This document shows positions 1 to 12,122 of a DNA stretch of 64,000 nucleotides, in pieces. The DNA lies in NCBI GenBank assembly GCA_964199315.1, contig OZ116712.1, positions 1,736,001 through 1,800,000 of the forward strand, given 5' to 3'. The notes below the pieces were generated by a model. It was not told where the DNA came from. It did no database searches and saw only the letters and a list, made by a program, of their open reading frames with translations. The DNA comes from Orbicella franksi. Its lineage: Eukaryota. The first letter of the stretch is position 1. Each line of letters opens with the position of its first letter. Position numbers and translations under genes: made by a program.

Positions 1-1241
1 TTGTCTCGTGAGTTGAAATTTTGCAATTTGAGAGGTTTTTTATGTACCTCTGGTTCAACTCAGTGTTTTTTCTTCTAATGTTTAATCTCTTGTTGCTTTT
101 ACGTTCTCGGTGTTTATTGTTTACGATTTTGCGCTTTTCTTTCTCCCTCCCTTTTCCTGAACAGTCAGAAAATACACAGGGATAAGATTCACTCTTTTTA
201 TTGTCTAAAGCTTTCATCATTTCTTCCACTTTCTTGATTTTGTCTGTCAGTTCGGTGGCTAAAGCTATTACATTCTCAGTGCGAGTTGGCCTTTCTGGAC
301 GTGGCCTGTTCTTAACTAGATCAGGATTGTTCGTTTTCTTCTCTCTGGTAGTGTTCGGTCTATGCTCAACTTTACTGAGCTTGATCTTGTTGCTTTCCAC
401 GCGTCTGTAGTGGTAACGTGTGAGCGCTCCGATAAGTTTTTGTTCTGCTTCTCTCCGGATATGCTTGATGTCACTTTTGAAGTCATCATCCGGCACTATG
501 TTCACTCTTACGTTGTAGTGCAGATCTTTTGGGCACGTTTTCTTTGTTCTGTGTGCTTCCAGTTTCTCTATGGACGCTTTGGATTTTTCAACTTTCCTCT
601 CCAGAGATGGGGCGCTGTAGCGATTGTTCAGGCGAAATCTTTTCTGAGGGATGTTTTCCTTCCTACCTTCTGTGTGGCGGCGCTTTCGGAGAGGCGACCG
701 TTGGCCACTTTTAAATTCGCCATCTGATGCTAACAGCCATTCCTCGGACGGTTCTTGTCCGTTTTGGTCTGATGTAGATGGGCTTGACAAGAAGCCGTCT
801 TCATTTAGTGTTTGGTTCATGTTCTATCTCAAACAAGACTGCAGTTTCGTTCCTTTAGCGGAACTCTTCAGTTGTTTCTATGTTAAGTGTCTTAGGAATG
901 GCAGTGATAACTGATAACATTCCGTGGCAGATGCACGCTTCTACTGCTTTTATATCTGTTGTTAGGATCGAAAATAAAGGTTCACCATTGGTTGTATGGA
1001 TTAGCCAATGCAGGGCCTTGGATTTCGATCCGAATGAAGTTGTGTTTCTTGTTAAGGTCATTTTTCTGCTTTAAAGGCGCAAAAAACTTTTTTCTCAAGC
1101 TGAGAAAATGTTGAGGGATAGTATAGTCGTCAGTCTAAATGACTTGCTAGTCCATTTCTTTGTTATTTCCCTCTTAAAACTATTGCAGACTGTTGAATGG
1201 TGCTCTATCACGTAGCAGGACGGAGCACTGTCTAAAAATAT
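1..1241 (-). mobile_element. 5' part of a Penelope-like retroelement (same element as 24822-27822), cut by the window edge
   Basis: Near-identical to 26582-27822, which encodes the N-terminal part of the 831-aa RT ORF. Confidence 0.9.
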
Positions 1242-1447
1242 CGCAATGATTAAAAATCTACCGCCACTCTCAAACAACAGTTAGAGAAGGGCATCACAAA
1301 TTTAATGCCGACTATATATGTTCTTCCCAAATCAAACTGATGAAACACGGCCTTTCATGATCTTTCATGCTCTCTTCCGCCAACAGGGTAATTTTAATTT
1401 TTCAAGCCTTTTTTCCAGCTGAAAGGGCAACGGGGACTATTTTCTTA

Positions 1448-1855
1448 GGCCCAGTTCAGACGCCGAACTTTTCATGAGCCGAACTAAATACATTGAATTA
1501 AGTACATGAAAAGTTCGGCGTCTGAATCATTTAAGAACGGCTATTTGAATTTGGAACGGCCCAGCCGTTCTTCCCGCCTAGCTCAGCCGGGAATTTCGGC
1601 TTTGGAACGGCTTTGATTTAGACGTCGAACTTTTCATGAGCCGAACCTAATGTATAAATTATTATAACGTATTTTACAAGCAGTTTTTACTTTGCCTGAA
1701 AATCGCTGACATTTCTATGTGTTTTGGTTTAAACTAAATAAAGTTCGGCGAATTAAGTTCGACGTCTGAATCAACAGGTGTACTTTTGATAATTTGGGTC
1801 GGTCCAAATTCAAATTAAGTTCGGCTCATGAAAAGTTCGGCGTCTGAACTGGGCC
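1448..1855. mobile_element. PIF/Harbinger-type MITE, 408 bp
   Basis: 38-bp TIR GGCCCAGTTCAGACGCCGAACTTTTCATGAGCCGAACT with TTA on both flanks (1445-1447, 1856-1858); TIR motif repeated internally. Confidence 0.88.
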
Positions 1856-2664
1856 TTACATGGATTTTACCAGTGAGATTATAGTAATCACTTGTACACT
1901 TGAGGAACTTTGCCTGTGGTATTTCGTTTTGGATATTGAACGGTTGGATGTTATATCATCGAGAACGCTCGCCGGCGCGATCATTTACATTCACTTCTAG
2001 GTTATAGAAATGAGCTTATTTTGAAATTTAACATGATATGATCTTTACATAAAGGCTTTTGGTATGTTACTGTGCAACTGGTAAAAAGAGTAACTTCTTC
2101 CTGTAAACTATCTTTTATCTATGAATTTTGGCTATGTTTTTCCCTTGTGAACCCAAGACTGGGTAAAGCCGAAAAGCAACCCAGACCGTACCTGTATTCT
2201 TTGTCTACCAATTTAAGCAAATTTTGCCACACTTTCTAGCCTTGTGTTTCGGTCGCTCGTCTTGTTTTTGAAGAACCCGTCAAGTTAGCCTCACTTCACT
2301 GAATATCTAGTGACCTGTAGAGCTCAGTGTGTCATGCCTCCTTCTAAAAAGAACTGTTTTCACGGCTAATCTATATTATATTTGGCAGACAAAACAAGAT
2401 TTAGCATTCTGCGTTTAATCCAGTGTTGTGGGCTGCTCTGGCTGTGAATGTAGCTGAATGTTTTACACTGTTAAGTCATTGCAAGTACAAGAAGAAATCT
2501 TACAATGAATCGACGATTTTGGTATTTAGGAAATATAGCGAAAGATTTCATGTGTAATTTATGCTTGTTGATAATTACCCTGGGAGGACTCCTATACTAT
2601 GAAAAGGACAGGGACGCTCGTCATCTCGCTCAGAGGTATAAATCAAGGATTCTGGTCTCACTAA

Positions 2665-3346
2665 GAGCCTGATTACATGGCGAATTTCTGCCCGGGCTGA
2701 AATTTCAGCCCGGCTAGGGGGGCTGAAATTATGTTGCGATTACATAACGAATTTCAGCCCGGGCTGAAATATTAGCCTCCGCGCCAAATATGAAATTGTG
2801 TGCGAAAAGTCTCCAGAGAATCAAAATGGCGCCGAGAACATGAATCGTGAAAATAGGCGCATTACTTCTCTCGTGGTTTGACCTTTTATTGGCGCTCAAT
2901 TTTTAACTTTTTGGGATAGTAACACCCTACAGTGATGATGGAACTGAAAGGAAACCTGTCTCTCAGCCAGAAAGACGTACTTTTATAGAAAGAAAATATG
3001 TCCTCAAGCTTGCCGAGTTCATGCCTTCCCTGACAGTCACGTGCTGTTTAACCTTGTCTCGATGTTCTTATATTCCATCTAAGCTTTGAAATTAGAGAGA
3101 TTCTCTATTTTATCGCCCTTATTCCATTGAGATCGCTTCTACTTCTTAGCGGCAGCCATCTTATTTCCTGCTTTTCAGCCCGGGCTGAAATTCCGTTTCG
3201 ATTACATGGGATTTTTTCAGACTTTTCAGTCTGTTTGCCCGGGCTGGATTGCGGCCCGGGCTGAATCCCTCTTCATGTAATCGCCAATTTGATTTCATGA
3301 GAATTTGTTTCAGAAGCCGGCTGAAATTCGCCATGTAATCAGGCCC
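2665..3346. mobile_element. PIF/Harbinger-type MITE, 682 bp, nested in an older repeat
   Basis: TIR G(A/G)GCCTGATTACATGGCGAATTTC; TAA TSD (2662-2664, 3347-3349); many internal CAGCCCGGGCTGAA palindromes. Confidence 0.88.
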
Positions 3347-3419
3347 TAAGGGTGTTCATGAAGAAACGCCCCTTTTCAGCTGTCAAAGTATCTTTTAGTG
3401 TGCACTACCCGAAGAAATA

Positions 3420-3605
3420 CAGTGGAACCTCGTTAATACGACCACATTCGGGCCATGGAAAATTGGTCGCATTAATGGGGTTGTCGTGTTAAAGGGGTTC
3501 TTTAAATAAGAAATGAGTGACTGAGCTTTTTGGGGGTCAGAATAAAGTGGCCGTAATAACGAGGTGGTCGTATTAACGGGGTGGTCGTAAGGCGGGGTTC
3601 CACCG
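3420..3605. mobile_element. Tc1/mariner (pogo/Tigger-like) MITE
   Basis: TA|CAGTGGAACC ... GGTTCCACCG|TA. Confidence 0.8.
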
Positions 3606-4082
3606 TAATAATGAAAAACTCCCTGTTCCCATCGTTAGGCTCGATTTTCGCTGGTCTCTCGAGTCCGGTGTACTAGCGCGGGCTCCTTTCCTGAACAGCG
3701 GCTGGTAATCATTTTAAAGCACGAAAATCTGCATTCACATGTTCAGTTAACCACAGTCAGTAAACTAAACATAAGGCGAAACCTGAAGGACTTCAGTTCC
3801 CTCCTAAACCATCAGCCTTTGACCCAGTTGTAAGAGAAATAACAGTTACTTAATATGGATTTTTCCAGGTTTTAATAATCATACACATGACTACTGAAAG
3901 TAAAAATTTCGTCTGAATATGACCAAATTTCGTTCGCCGAGTTTTCAGCTTTTTTTTTTTTTGAAATAGGTTTCAAACGAAGTGAGGGGGCAAATATAGG
4001 TCTTGGCAAATCACTGGACTTTTGAGCTTGCCAAACATTTCGTCCATTGCTTGCTTTTTCAGTTCCTTTACCTGAATTTATT

Positions 4083-4129
4083 GTATGGCTAGCTCCGCGA
4101 GCGGGCAAGATGAATCAAATCCTGCGCTG

Positions 4130-4160
<31 letters not shown>

Positions 4161-4395
4161 TATCTTGCCCGCTCGGGACTACCTGCCGTGTCCCGCAAGA
4201 AATATTTCCCCGAAAGCCATATAATAAATCCTTTATTGACCAAGCTTCTTCGGTCAAGATGGCTGGATATTGGCCTCCTTCTTTTTATTGCGAGTTTATG
4301 GACCGAGACGGAGTCGAGGTCCATAAACTCGCAAAAAAAGAGCTTGGCCAGTATCCAGCCATCTTGACCTCACACTTGGTCAATAACCCATATAT
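4083..4395. repeat. Interspersed repeat with a ~154-bp hairpin (4233-4386); possibly a non-autonomous Crypton-like element
   Basis: Arms TTATTGACCAAG..GGTCAAGATGGCTGGATATTGGCC and GGCCAGTATCCAGCCATCTTGACC..CTTGGTCAATAA; inner arms TTGCGAGTTTATGGACC/GGTCCATAAACTCGCAA. The family assignment is inference. Confidence 0.65.
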
Positions 4396-7300
4396 ATTAG
4401 GAAATTGCGGAAAATGGAAACATAAGTTTGGCAGAATTAGCGTTTTGGATTAACATAAACAAACGGCGCTCACAAAATGAGATGTTTATGATTTAATATG
4501 ATCAAATTTTCATAAAATTAATCCTAAGTTCTTCTCTTTTCTATCTTAAATTTTGTTCTTTTTAGCAGAAAACTTCCCTTCAAAATGACAAAACTGTGTT
4601 GAATTTTGTCTCAATGCTTTAGTTCCGTCATTTGAATATCCCAATTAGCACAGATGCGTACGATAAATTGTTTATTTACATCGGTCCTGAAAAGCCCCAA
4701 TGGGGAGTGGCCAATTACGTATACATTTCTTTTACATACATAAATAAGGTATTTTATACCATCAAACTTATTTTGTGGTCCTTCTTTACAGGTTAGCAAC
4801 CTGTCCCACCACACCCCACTTTTGCTCAGTTATTCTGAATGGCTACACAACCATGTCACCCTAATGTTTTTGATATTTTTCACAGATGTCACGTGACTCC
4901 CGAAAGTTAGGGAAGGACTCAGCTTGGGGTCGGAAACGCAAGTCCGAGGATGTGCCTAGGTTCGATGACGTAAAACGGAGAAGAACGGGAAATGGAGAAG
5001 GAACAGACAAAACCACTCGGCCCATTGGGTTTAAAGAACTGGAAAACATCTGTAGAGAAGCTGTTCCAGAGACGGGAATTCTAGGACTGGTTCAGAAAGC
5101 CGAAAGATTTGAAGCCCTCTTAACTTCAGAAGAAATCAGACCAGATTTGTTGAAGTTGGTAATTTCTGCTTTTCGTCTTTTGTGCTCGGCGAACAGCTTA
5201 ACGACCGGAAACGCGGAGAAGTTACTACGCTCTCCGGCAGCGGAGAATTTCATAACAGGGCCCGTTCTTTCCACGTTTGTCAAAAAGATGCCTTTTTCAG
5301 AATACTGGAAAGACGAAAGCGATCGTGTCACTGTGCTAAACGATCTGGCTGAAATTTCTCTTGCGTTGATTCAACGGCTCGGTGAGAAAATATTGTACGG
5401 GCTGCCGCTTCCCGAACTAAGTAACTCGTTGGATGAGCTAAAAGAGGAGAATCTCATCAAGGACGCCTGCGAACTTGAGAAGAAGCTTCAGCAAGTCAAG
5501 GAGTTGAAACATGAAGTGATTCGGCGGGCAAAGTCTGCGTATGATCAACAATCAGGGGCGGAGCCTCCGCAGAACTTCAGGGAGCTCAGCGTCATTCCGC
5601 AAGCAGCAGACCTTTGTTTCAAGCCTTTTCTGCGCGAAAACATCGTAGACAGAAAGTTTAAGGACCTGGATCATTATCTTGACGTGCAGTTTCGCCTTCT
5701 AAAAGAAGACTTCGTAATGCACCTACGCGATGGCATCAAACAGCTAACAAGAGAAAACAACTCCTTGGAAACGAGTCCTACCAAGAAAGTTAAACGCGCG
5801 GATGATGTCTCTGTGTACAATGACGTCACAGTCCTGCATCCCGTATGCAACAGGAAAGGCCAGGTTTACAGAATCAGGTTCAACCCGTCTCATCCAAGGG
5901 TAAAACGAGTAAACTGGGAAAGGTCCAAACGACTCAAGTTCGGTTCGTTGGTTTGCCTTTCTTCAGATGACTTCAACACACTACTTGTCTTCGCAACGGT
6001 GGAAAATCGACGTGCCGAGGGGCTAAGTGTTGGTGAATTGGATGTGCGTTTTGAAAACGTCACGAAAGAGGAAATAAATGTTTTTGTCACAGGGAAAGAA
6101 AGGTTTGTCATGATAGAGTCGTCTGCTTATTTTGAAGCGTACAGACACGTGTTGGAGGCGTTGAAGGAAATAAAACCTGAAGAATTCCCTTTCCAGAAGC
6201 ATATTGTGGAATGCTGTCGGGAAGTTGGACCTCCAGCGTATCAAGTACAAAGACAAAGAGAAGACAAAGAAGTTCTGTTTAATTTCACTGGCGTTCTTAC
6301 AAAGAAAGAGCCTTCAATGTCTTCTCAAAGACGTCATTCCGATACCGTGAATTCGAGGAAGTCCATGAAGATGAGCCCAACGTCCAGCTCACAGCAAGAA
6401 CAGCTGTCAGCCGTTAACGAATCGTCGAACAGCCTGGATGTTGCTATGGACGTCGAAGTGCCTCAAGAGATCTTTAATTGGCCAGACAGAAAAAGCCTCG
6501 GTTTCAATGAGTCTCAGATGCGCGCGTTTAAACTGGCGCTGACCAAAGAGTTCGCTGTGATCCAAGGACCGCCGGGAACAGGGAAAACGTACGTTGGTTT
6601 GAAGATAGCTCAAGCTCTCTTGCAGAACACCTCTTTTTGGCAAAACCGCGGTGAAAGATCTCCAATCTTGATGGTGTCTTACACGAATCACGCTTTGGAT
6701 CAGTTCCTGGAAGGTCTTCTTCCAATGCACGGTGAGTTTACTCAGCGCTTTATATATGTTATATTTTTCACGTAAGAGATTACAGGTGATCTAGAAAGAC
6801 ACACATGCATAGATTGACAGATAGATAAATAAAGGTGACTCATCACTGTTCAGATAACTGTACAAGATATTCGGTGTACCGCGAACGAAACTATTTCTAA
6901 GTATTTCTAGAGGTTCTGACTTTGTCGTTAAACCTCAAAAAGATGCGCATTGAGCAGCAGGCTACATGCAAATAAACAACGGGAAATATGGAAAGAGAGG
7001 AAACAAACAAAACTAATGATTTTGGTGGCTCGGTTTTGACCAAAAAAGTGATATGTGAGCATAAGCTGGGGATTGGAAGCATAAAGTAAGGAAATAATAA
7101 CTTGACGGTCGTTTATTAATTGACAGGTATAGTTCGCGTTGGCGGCCGCAGCAAAAGTGAAAAATTGAAGAGCCATTCTCTGGTGTCAATTCGTCGCCAA
7201 CCATGCCAGCCTGATATGACGATCCGCAAGGCAAGAAACGCAGCTAAGAATCATATCGGCGTTCTTCACTCTTGTTAGAAGCCTCAAGATCAAGCATTTT

Positions 7301-10300
7301 GTCGATGGATGTCTTTTCCCCACACAGGTATATTCGACGCCGGCATTATGCTCAATTTACAAGAAACCCTTGGAATGGATCGGTTGATGAAGAGCTTCTA
7401 AAGTGGCTCTACGTACAAAAGAAGGAAAGCTCGCAAAGTTCCCACTCGAAAGATGTGAAAAAGCATCATGAAAGAGATGACTTCCAAATGGAGTTTGAGG
7501 CGCGAGGATTCAGTTTTGACAACAGAGGGGTTTTGGACAAAGATGACAACGCCGTGCGTATGGGACTAGCTGTGCTCTCGTGGAAAGATGCTACGAACTC
7601 CGGAAAGGTGAGACAAAATTTGATTAGCGAACAAGCGATGTCTGATAACGAAGAAAGAGGAGTTCGTGATATCTACCGTTTGCCGAGTGAGGACCGTTGG
7701 AGGTTATACAGATTATGGCGGCAGAGATTGGTCAACGACCAAAGGCAGCAGTTGCAAATTTGCCAGGTGGAGTTTGAAGAGGCTTTAGCCCGTGATAAGG
7801 AAGTAACCACGATGGAAGAGTACAGGGTTCTTCAAAAAGCACGTGTCATTGGCATGACAACCACGTGCGCCGGCAGATACCGCACAATTCTCCAAAAGAT
7901 TTGCCCCAAAATCATTCTAGTTGAAGAGGCTGCTGAGGTACTGGAGGCTCACATTATTACGTCATTGACGAAAGGCTGTCAGCACTTAATATTGATTGGT
8001 GATCACCTGCAACTAAGGCCTACTCCTGCTGTCTATGAATTAGCTACGAAGTACAAACTGGATGTGTCGCTGTTCGAGAGAATGGTGAATGTTGGAATTC
8101 AGTGTGAGAGGCTATCCGTTCAACATCGCATGAGGCCTGAGATTGCTGCCTTGATGAAGCACATCTACGACGATCTGGAAAATCATGAGTCAGTGGAGAA
8201 ATACGAAGACATCAAAGGAATGAGGAAGAACATGTTCTTCATCAGCCACAGCCATTTGGAAGAATCCTGTGATGAGACGCACAGCCATGTAAACGAGCAC
8301 GAGGCTCAGTTTCTAGTTGCGCTGTGTCGCTACTTACTACAACAAGGATACTCGTCCAATCAAATCACTCTCCTGACGACCTACACTGGACAGATGTTTG
8401 CCATTAGAAACTGTCTCCAAGCGACTAAAAGTGAAGAACTGGAACACGTACGCCTTACGACCGTGGACAACTTTCAAGGCGAAGAAAGTGACATCATTCT
8501 TCTTTCACTCGTGCGCAGCAACAAAGACGAAAAAGTTGGCTTCATCAAGGTTGAAAACCGCGCATGTGTGGCGCTTTCGCGTGCCAAGAAAGGCTTCTAC
8601 TGCATTGGAAACTTTGATCTTCTCTCAGAGCACAGCGACATCTGGAGTAAGATTGTAGCCGATTTGAAAGCAAGTGGTAACATCGGAAACGCCTTGCCCT
8701 TTTCCTGTCAAATCCACCAAGACGAAATGACTGCGGAAACAGCAGAAGATTTCAGAGAAAAAGCTCCTGATGGGGGATGCCAGCGGCCATGTGGTGTGCG
8801 TCTGAAGTGCGGTCATGCGTGCAGACAGTTATGTCATCCACGTGACATCGAGCACAAGACGTACCCGTGTGGAGAGCCTTGCGGAAAAACCATTAAAGGC
8901 TGTGATCATTTGTGTTCGAACTCTTGTAGCAAGCCTTGTATAACTCGATGCTTGGAAATGGTCGATAAGGTTTTGCCAGGGTGTGGTCACATTTTAAAGA
9001 TGAAGTGCAGCGCTGACCTTAAGGATGCTGAGTGCAAAGAAAGGTGCGATAGAATCCTGTCCTGTGGCCATCGCTGCCAAAACTACTGTACAAAACCGTG
9101 CACGACTGAATGTAAGGAGCTCGTAAAGAGAACGGATTGGCCGTGTGGACATGAAGTCACCATTGCTTGCGCGGCCACTTCAAAAGATTGTCCAGTTCCT
9201 TGCGATGGCACTTTAGATTGCGGTCACCAGTGTTCTGGGCATTGTGGTGAGTGTCGAATGGGTCGAATTCACAAGGGCTGTACAAAGAAATGTAAACGTG
9301 TGTTGTTTTGTTCTCATGGCTGTAAAGAACGGTGCAGCATGCCATGTCCGCCATGTTCCAAGGCGTGTGAAAATCGTTGCACCCACAGCAACTGTGATCA
9401 AACTTGTGGAGAGCCATGCATTCCTTGTCGTTATCCATGTCCGTGGGAATGTCAGCATCATAAGTGCTACAAGCAGTGCCACGAGATTTGTGACAGGCCC
9501 AGATGTGACGAGCCTTGCTTCAAAATTCTGGAATGCTATCATGTTTGCCGTGGGTTGATGTGCGAGGCGGAGTGCATTTGTGCTATCTGCACAAAACAAT
9601 ACAATGGTGATCCTATTACCGAAATCTTCCTCGGTGGAGAGGCAGACGAAGATGCCCGCTTCATCAGGCTGCCAGACTGCAAGCATATCTTCGCTGTGTC
9701 TGATCTTGACAGGTACTTGTGGTTTTAAGCTTTTTTAAGTGATACCAAACAAAACAGCAAGAGTTGACGGAGGTTCAAACACTTACGTTTTCTCTTGCTC
9801 GTTGACTTGTGAGGATCGCTTGAGGGTTTTGGGAAGGTATTTTCTATATGAAGTCATTTTGTTGAGTTACCTTTGTAACGTTTCTCAACGTTTTGGCCTC
9901 GCAATAACGATATTGCATGAACTTTCCGTGAAAATTCCTGGACAGCTGAAAACCAAAATTTATAGAACCATTCTTCAAGATTAACCATTGGTTCAACTTC
10001 GTTAACTTTGTTTGACCAAACCTATGCACACATTGTGGCCTGTCCTATAAAATCTCCAATCCTCATGCACAGCTTATTCTCAGGGTCTTGGAGATCAAAA
10101 TGTGAAAAGAGGATGGCAAACAAATATTTCCCAGGTTCCCCGCGACTATAATACTCCTTCGTTCTCAGAATCCCAAATCAGTAAATAAAACATAATATCG
10201 CCGGCAGAGGAAAAGCTGTTTTGATGCATTTAAGCTTTGCTCGAGAGCTAACAGTATTCATTTCGTAGTGTTTCTCACATCTGTCCCTTCTTCTTCTTTG

Positions 10301-11824
10301 TTTTTTTTTTTCCAGATATATGGACATGTCAAAGGATGCCAATACTGAGAGTCATGCGATTCAAATGAAAGCGTGTCCCCTTTGTTCCACTCCAATCCGT
10401 ACGAGCTTGCGATACCGCAACGTTATTAACCAGCAGCTACAAGACGTAGAGAAAGTAAAGCTGGAGATGTGGAGGCAGATACGTAATGAAAGTGGGGGTA
10501 ACTGTGGATTGAAGAAGACGAAGCGTGATTTAGCCAAACGCCTGGACACTTTGGAAAAAAGATTTGGCGCAGAACACACGAGGGATTCACTGGGCAGGCT
10601 GAAACGTGCCGTTGATATTCTTCTGGAAGTCAAGCAGGAACTGAAGATATCTCTCATTGACAACAAACTTACCGTTGCCCTGGTTGAGAACAAAGTGATG
10701 TTGATGGAGCGTCTTTGTTTCATGAGGGAGAAAGTGAGGGTTAATCTGAGACAACTGCCAATGGAAATCTGCAAAGAGTATCACTTGGAAAGTAAGTCTT
10801 GATTTTAACTTCTTTTAAAATTGAAGTGTCTTCAAGCTGCCAAACCACTGAAGACGGTACGATGACGAAACAAGATCATCAGATTTGCACGTGCGTTACA
10901 CGCCACTGTGCGTGCATTCAACATCAATGGCTCTACGTACACGCGCGTTGTATACACCTGATTGAAAAAACGTTGTCCGAAACAAAGTATAAACGATACG
11001 ACTTTATGGAATTACGGAGAGACGGAGGAAGCTTGGAATCTTGTGGATGATTATTATTCAAAGTTTCCACTTGGTATTTAATGATCACAGGTCAGCTTCC
11101 CGGGGTGGTGATTTAGAAAAACATTGATCGTGTCCACGATTTCCTGAAGGTAGCTAAGTTGGAGAACAAAGGATAATTTGAACGATATGTGAGCTTTGAT
11201 ATGAGCCATGCAGCCCATAAACCTAAGTCTTCAGTGTATGCTTTAGCATGCTGATCTCGTTAACCGCTTTAATGCAAGTACACGGTCAGTAAAAATGCAA
11301 ATTGGTATTAGTTCGCAAGTTTCTCAGAAAAATCGTAGGCTACAATTTAAAACGATTTTTCCTTTGAAACGCTTCTCTGAACATAACCACAGATCCAATA
11401 AGCCCCATTGCAAAAACGCTTCTTGTTTTGAACTGAATGGCATGAAAGGATGAAGTAAGCCTTACGACTAACAGTTAAACGTATCTCAATTGAACAGGTG
11501 ACCAAGTTGAAAATGAACTGTGTTTCCTTGAGAGGCGTTTCATGTCAATTAGAGTGACCCAAAGAGAGTTACGAGACATCAACACAGAATTCTCCAGACT
11601 CAATCTCCTACTCGAGTATTGTTTGCTGCGTCACGACATCAAGAGCCTGGCACTAGAGTTAGACGAACCTTCCTCTCAGATGATGACTGCAGTACAGGAG
11701 GGCCTGTCCAGCGGCAAGCGCATAGTAGACGAGGAGTTGGACAAACTTCTGAACAATATAGTGACAATAAGGTGTGTTTTAACAGTTGAATAGAAAATGA
11801 CATAGAGGAATTTTAGAACCCTTT

Positions 11825-12120
11825 GGGTAGCAAGGATGGCGCAGTGTTTAGAGCGCTCTCCTCCCACCAATGTGGCCTGGGTTCGATTCCGGCCCGGTGC
11901 CATATGTGAGTTGAGTTTGTTGATGGTTCTCGCCTTGCTCCGAGGGTTTTTCTCCGGGTTCTCCGGTTTTCCTCCCTGCACAAAAACCAACACTCTAAAT
12001 TCCAATTCGACCAGGATAGAGGACCTGCATGAAAACCAGATGAGGCTGATGTGGCTTCTTCTCTAAATATTGTAAATTTATTTTTATTTATTTATTTGTT
12101 TATTTATTCATTTATTTATT
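11825..12120 (+). mobile_element. tRNA-derived SINE in the last intron of copy 1
   Basis: A-box TGGCGCAGTG, B-box GGTTCGATTCC, central TTCTCCGGGTTCTCCGGTTTTCCTCCC block (V-SINE-like domain), (TTTA)n tail; absent from the copy 2 intron. Confidence 0.85.
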
Positions 12121-12122
12121 TA

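Noticed and set aside
1448-1855. Repeated GCCGAACTTTTCATG motifs resembling a CRISPR array
   Set aside because: Irregular spacing, both orientations, bounded by TIRs and a TTA TSD; eukaryotic context with no cas genes.
4047-4453. Two 106-aa ORFs duplicated in both units
   Set aside because: They lie over a palindromic interspersed repeat inside inferred intron 1; identity reflects the recent duplication, not coding constraint.
6732-6775. ORF-track C-termini such as EFTQRFIYVIFFT, YLWF and CVLTVE
   Set aside because: Read-through into introns past consensus GT donors; not real protein ends.
7249-7280. Programmed frameshift or stop read-through rescuing copy 1
   Set aside because: No slippery heptamer; a clean 22-bp deletion relative to the intact paralog explains the frame break.
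9157-9686. Overlapping antisense and alternative-frame ORFs over the zinc-finger exon (also 35590-36404, 61625-62970)
   Set aside because: Shadow ORFs of Cys-rich, repetitive coding sequence; no independent motifs.
11091-11149. Possible extra exon (CAG|GTCAGCTT..AAG|GT) in copy 1
   Set aside because: In-frame TAG; exon 10316-10791 already joins 11498 in phase; no counterpart in copy 2.
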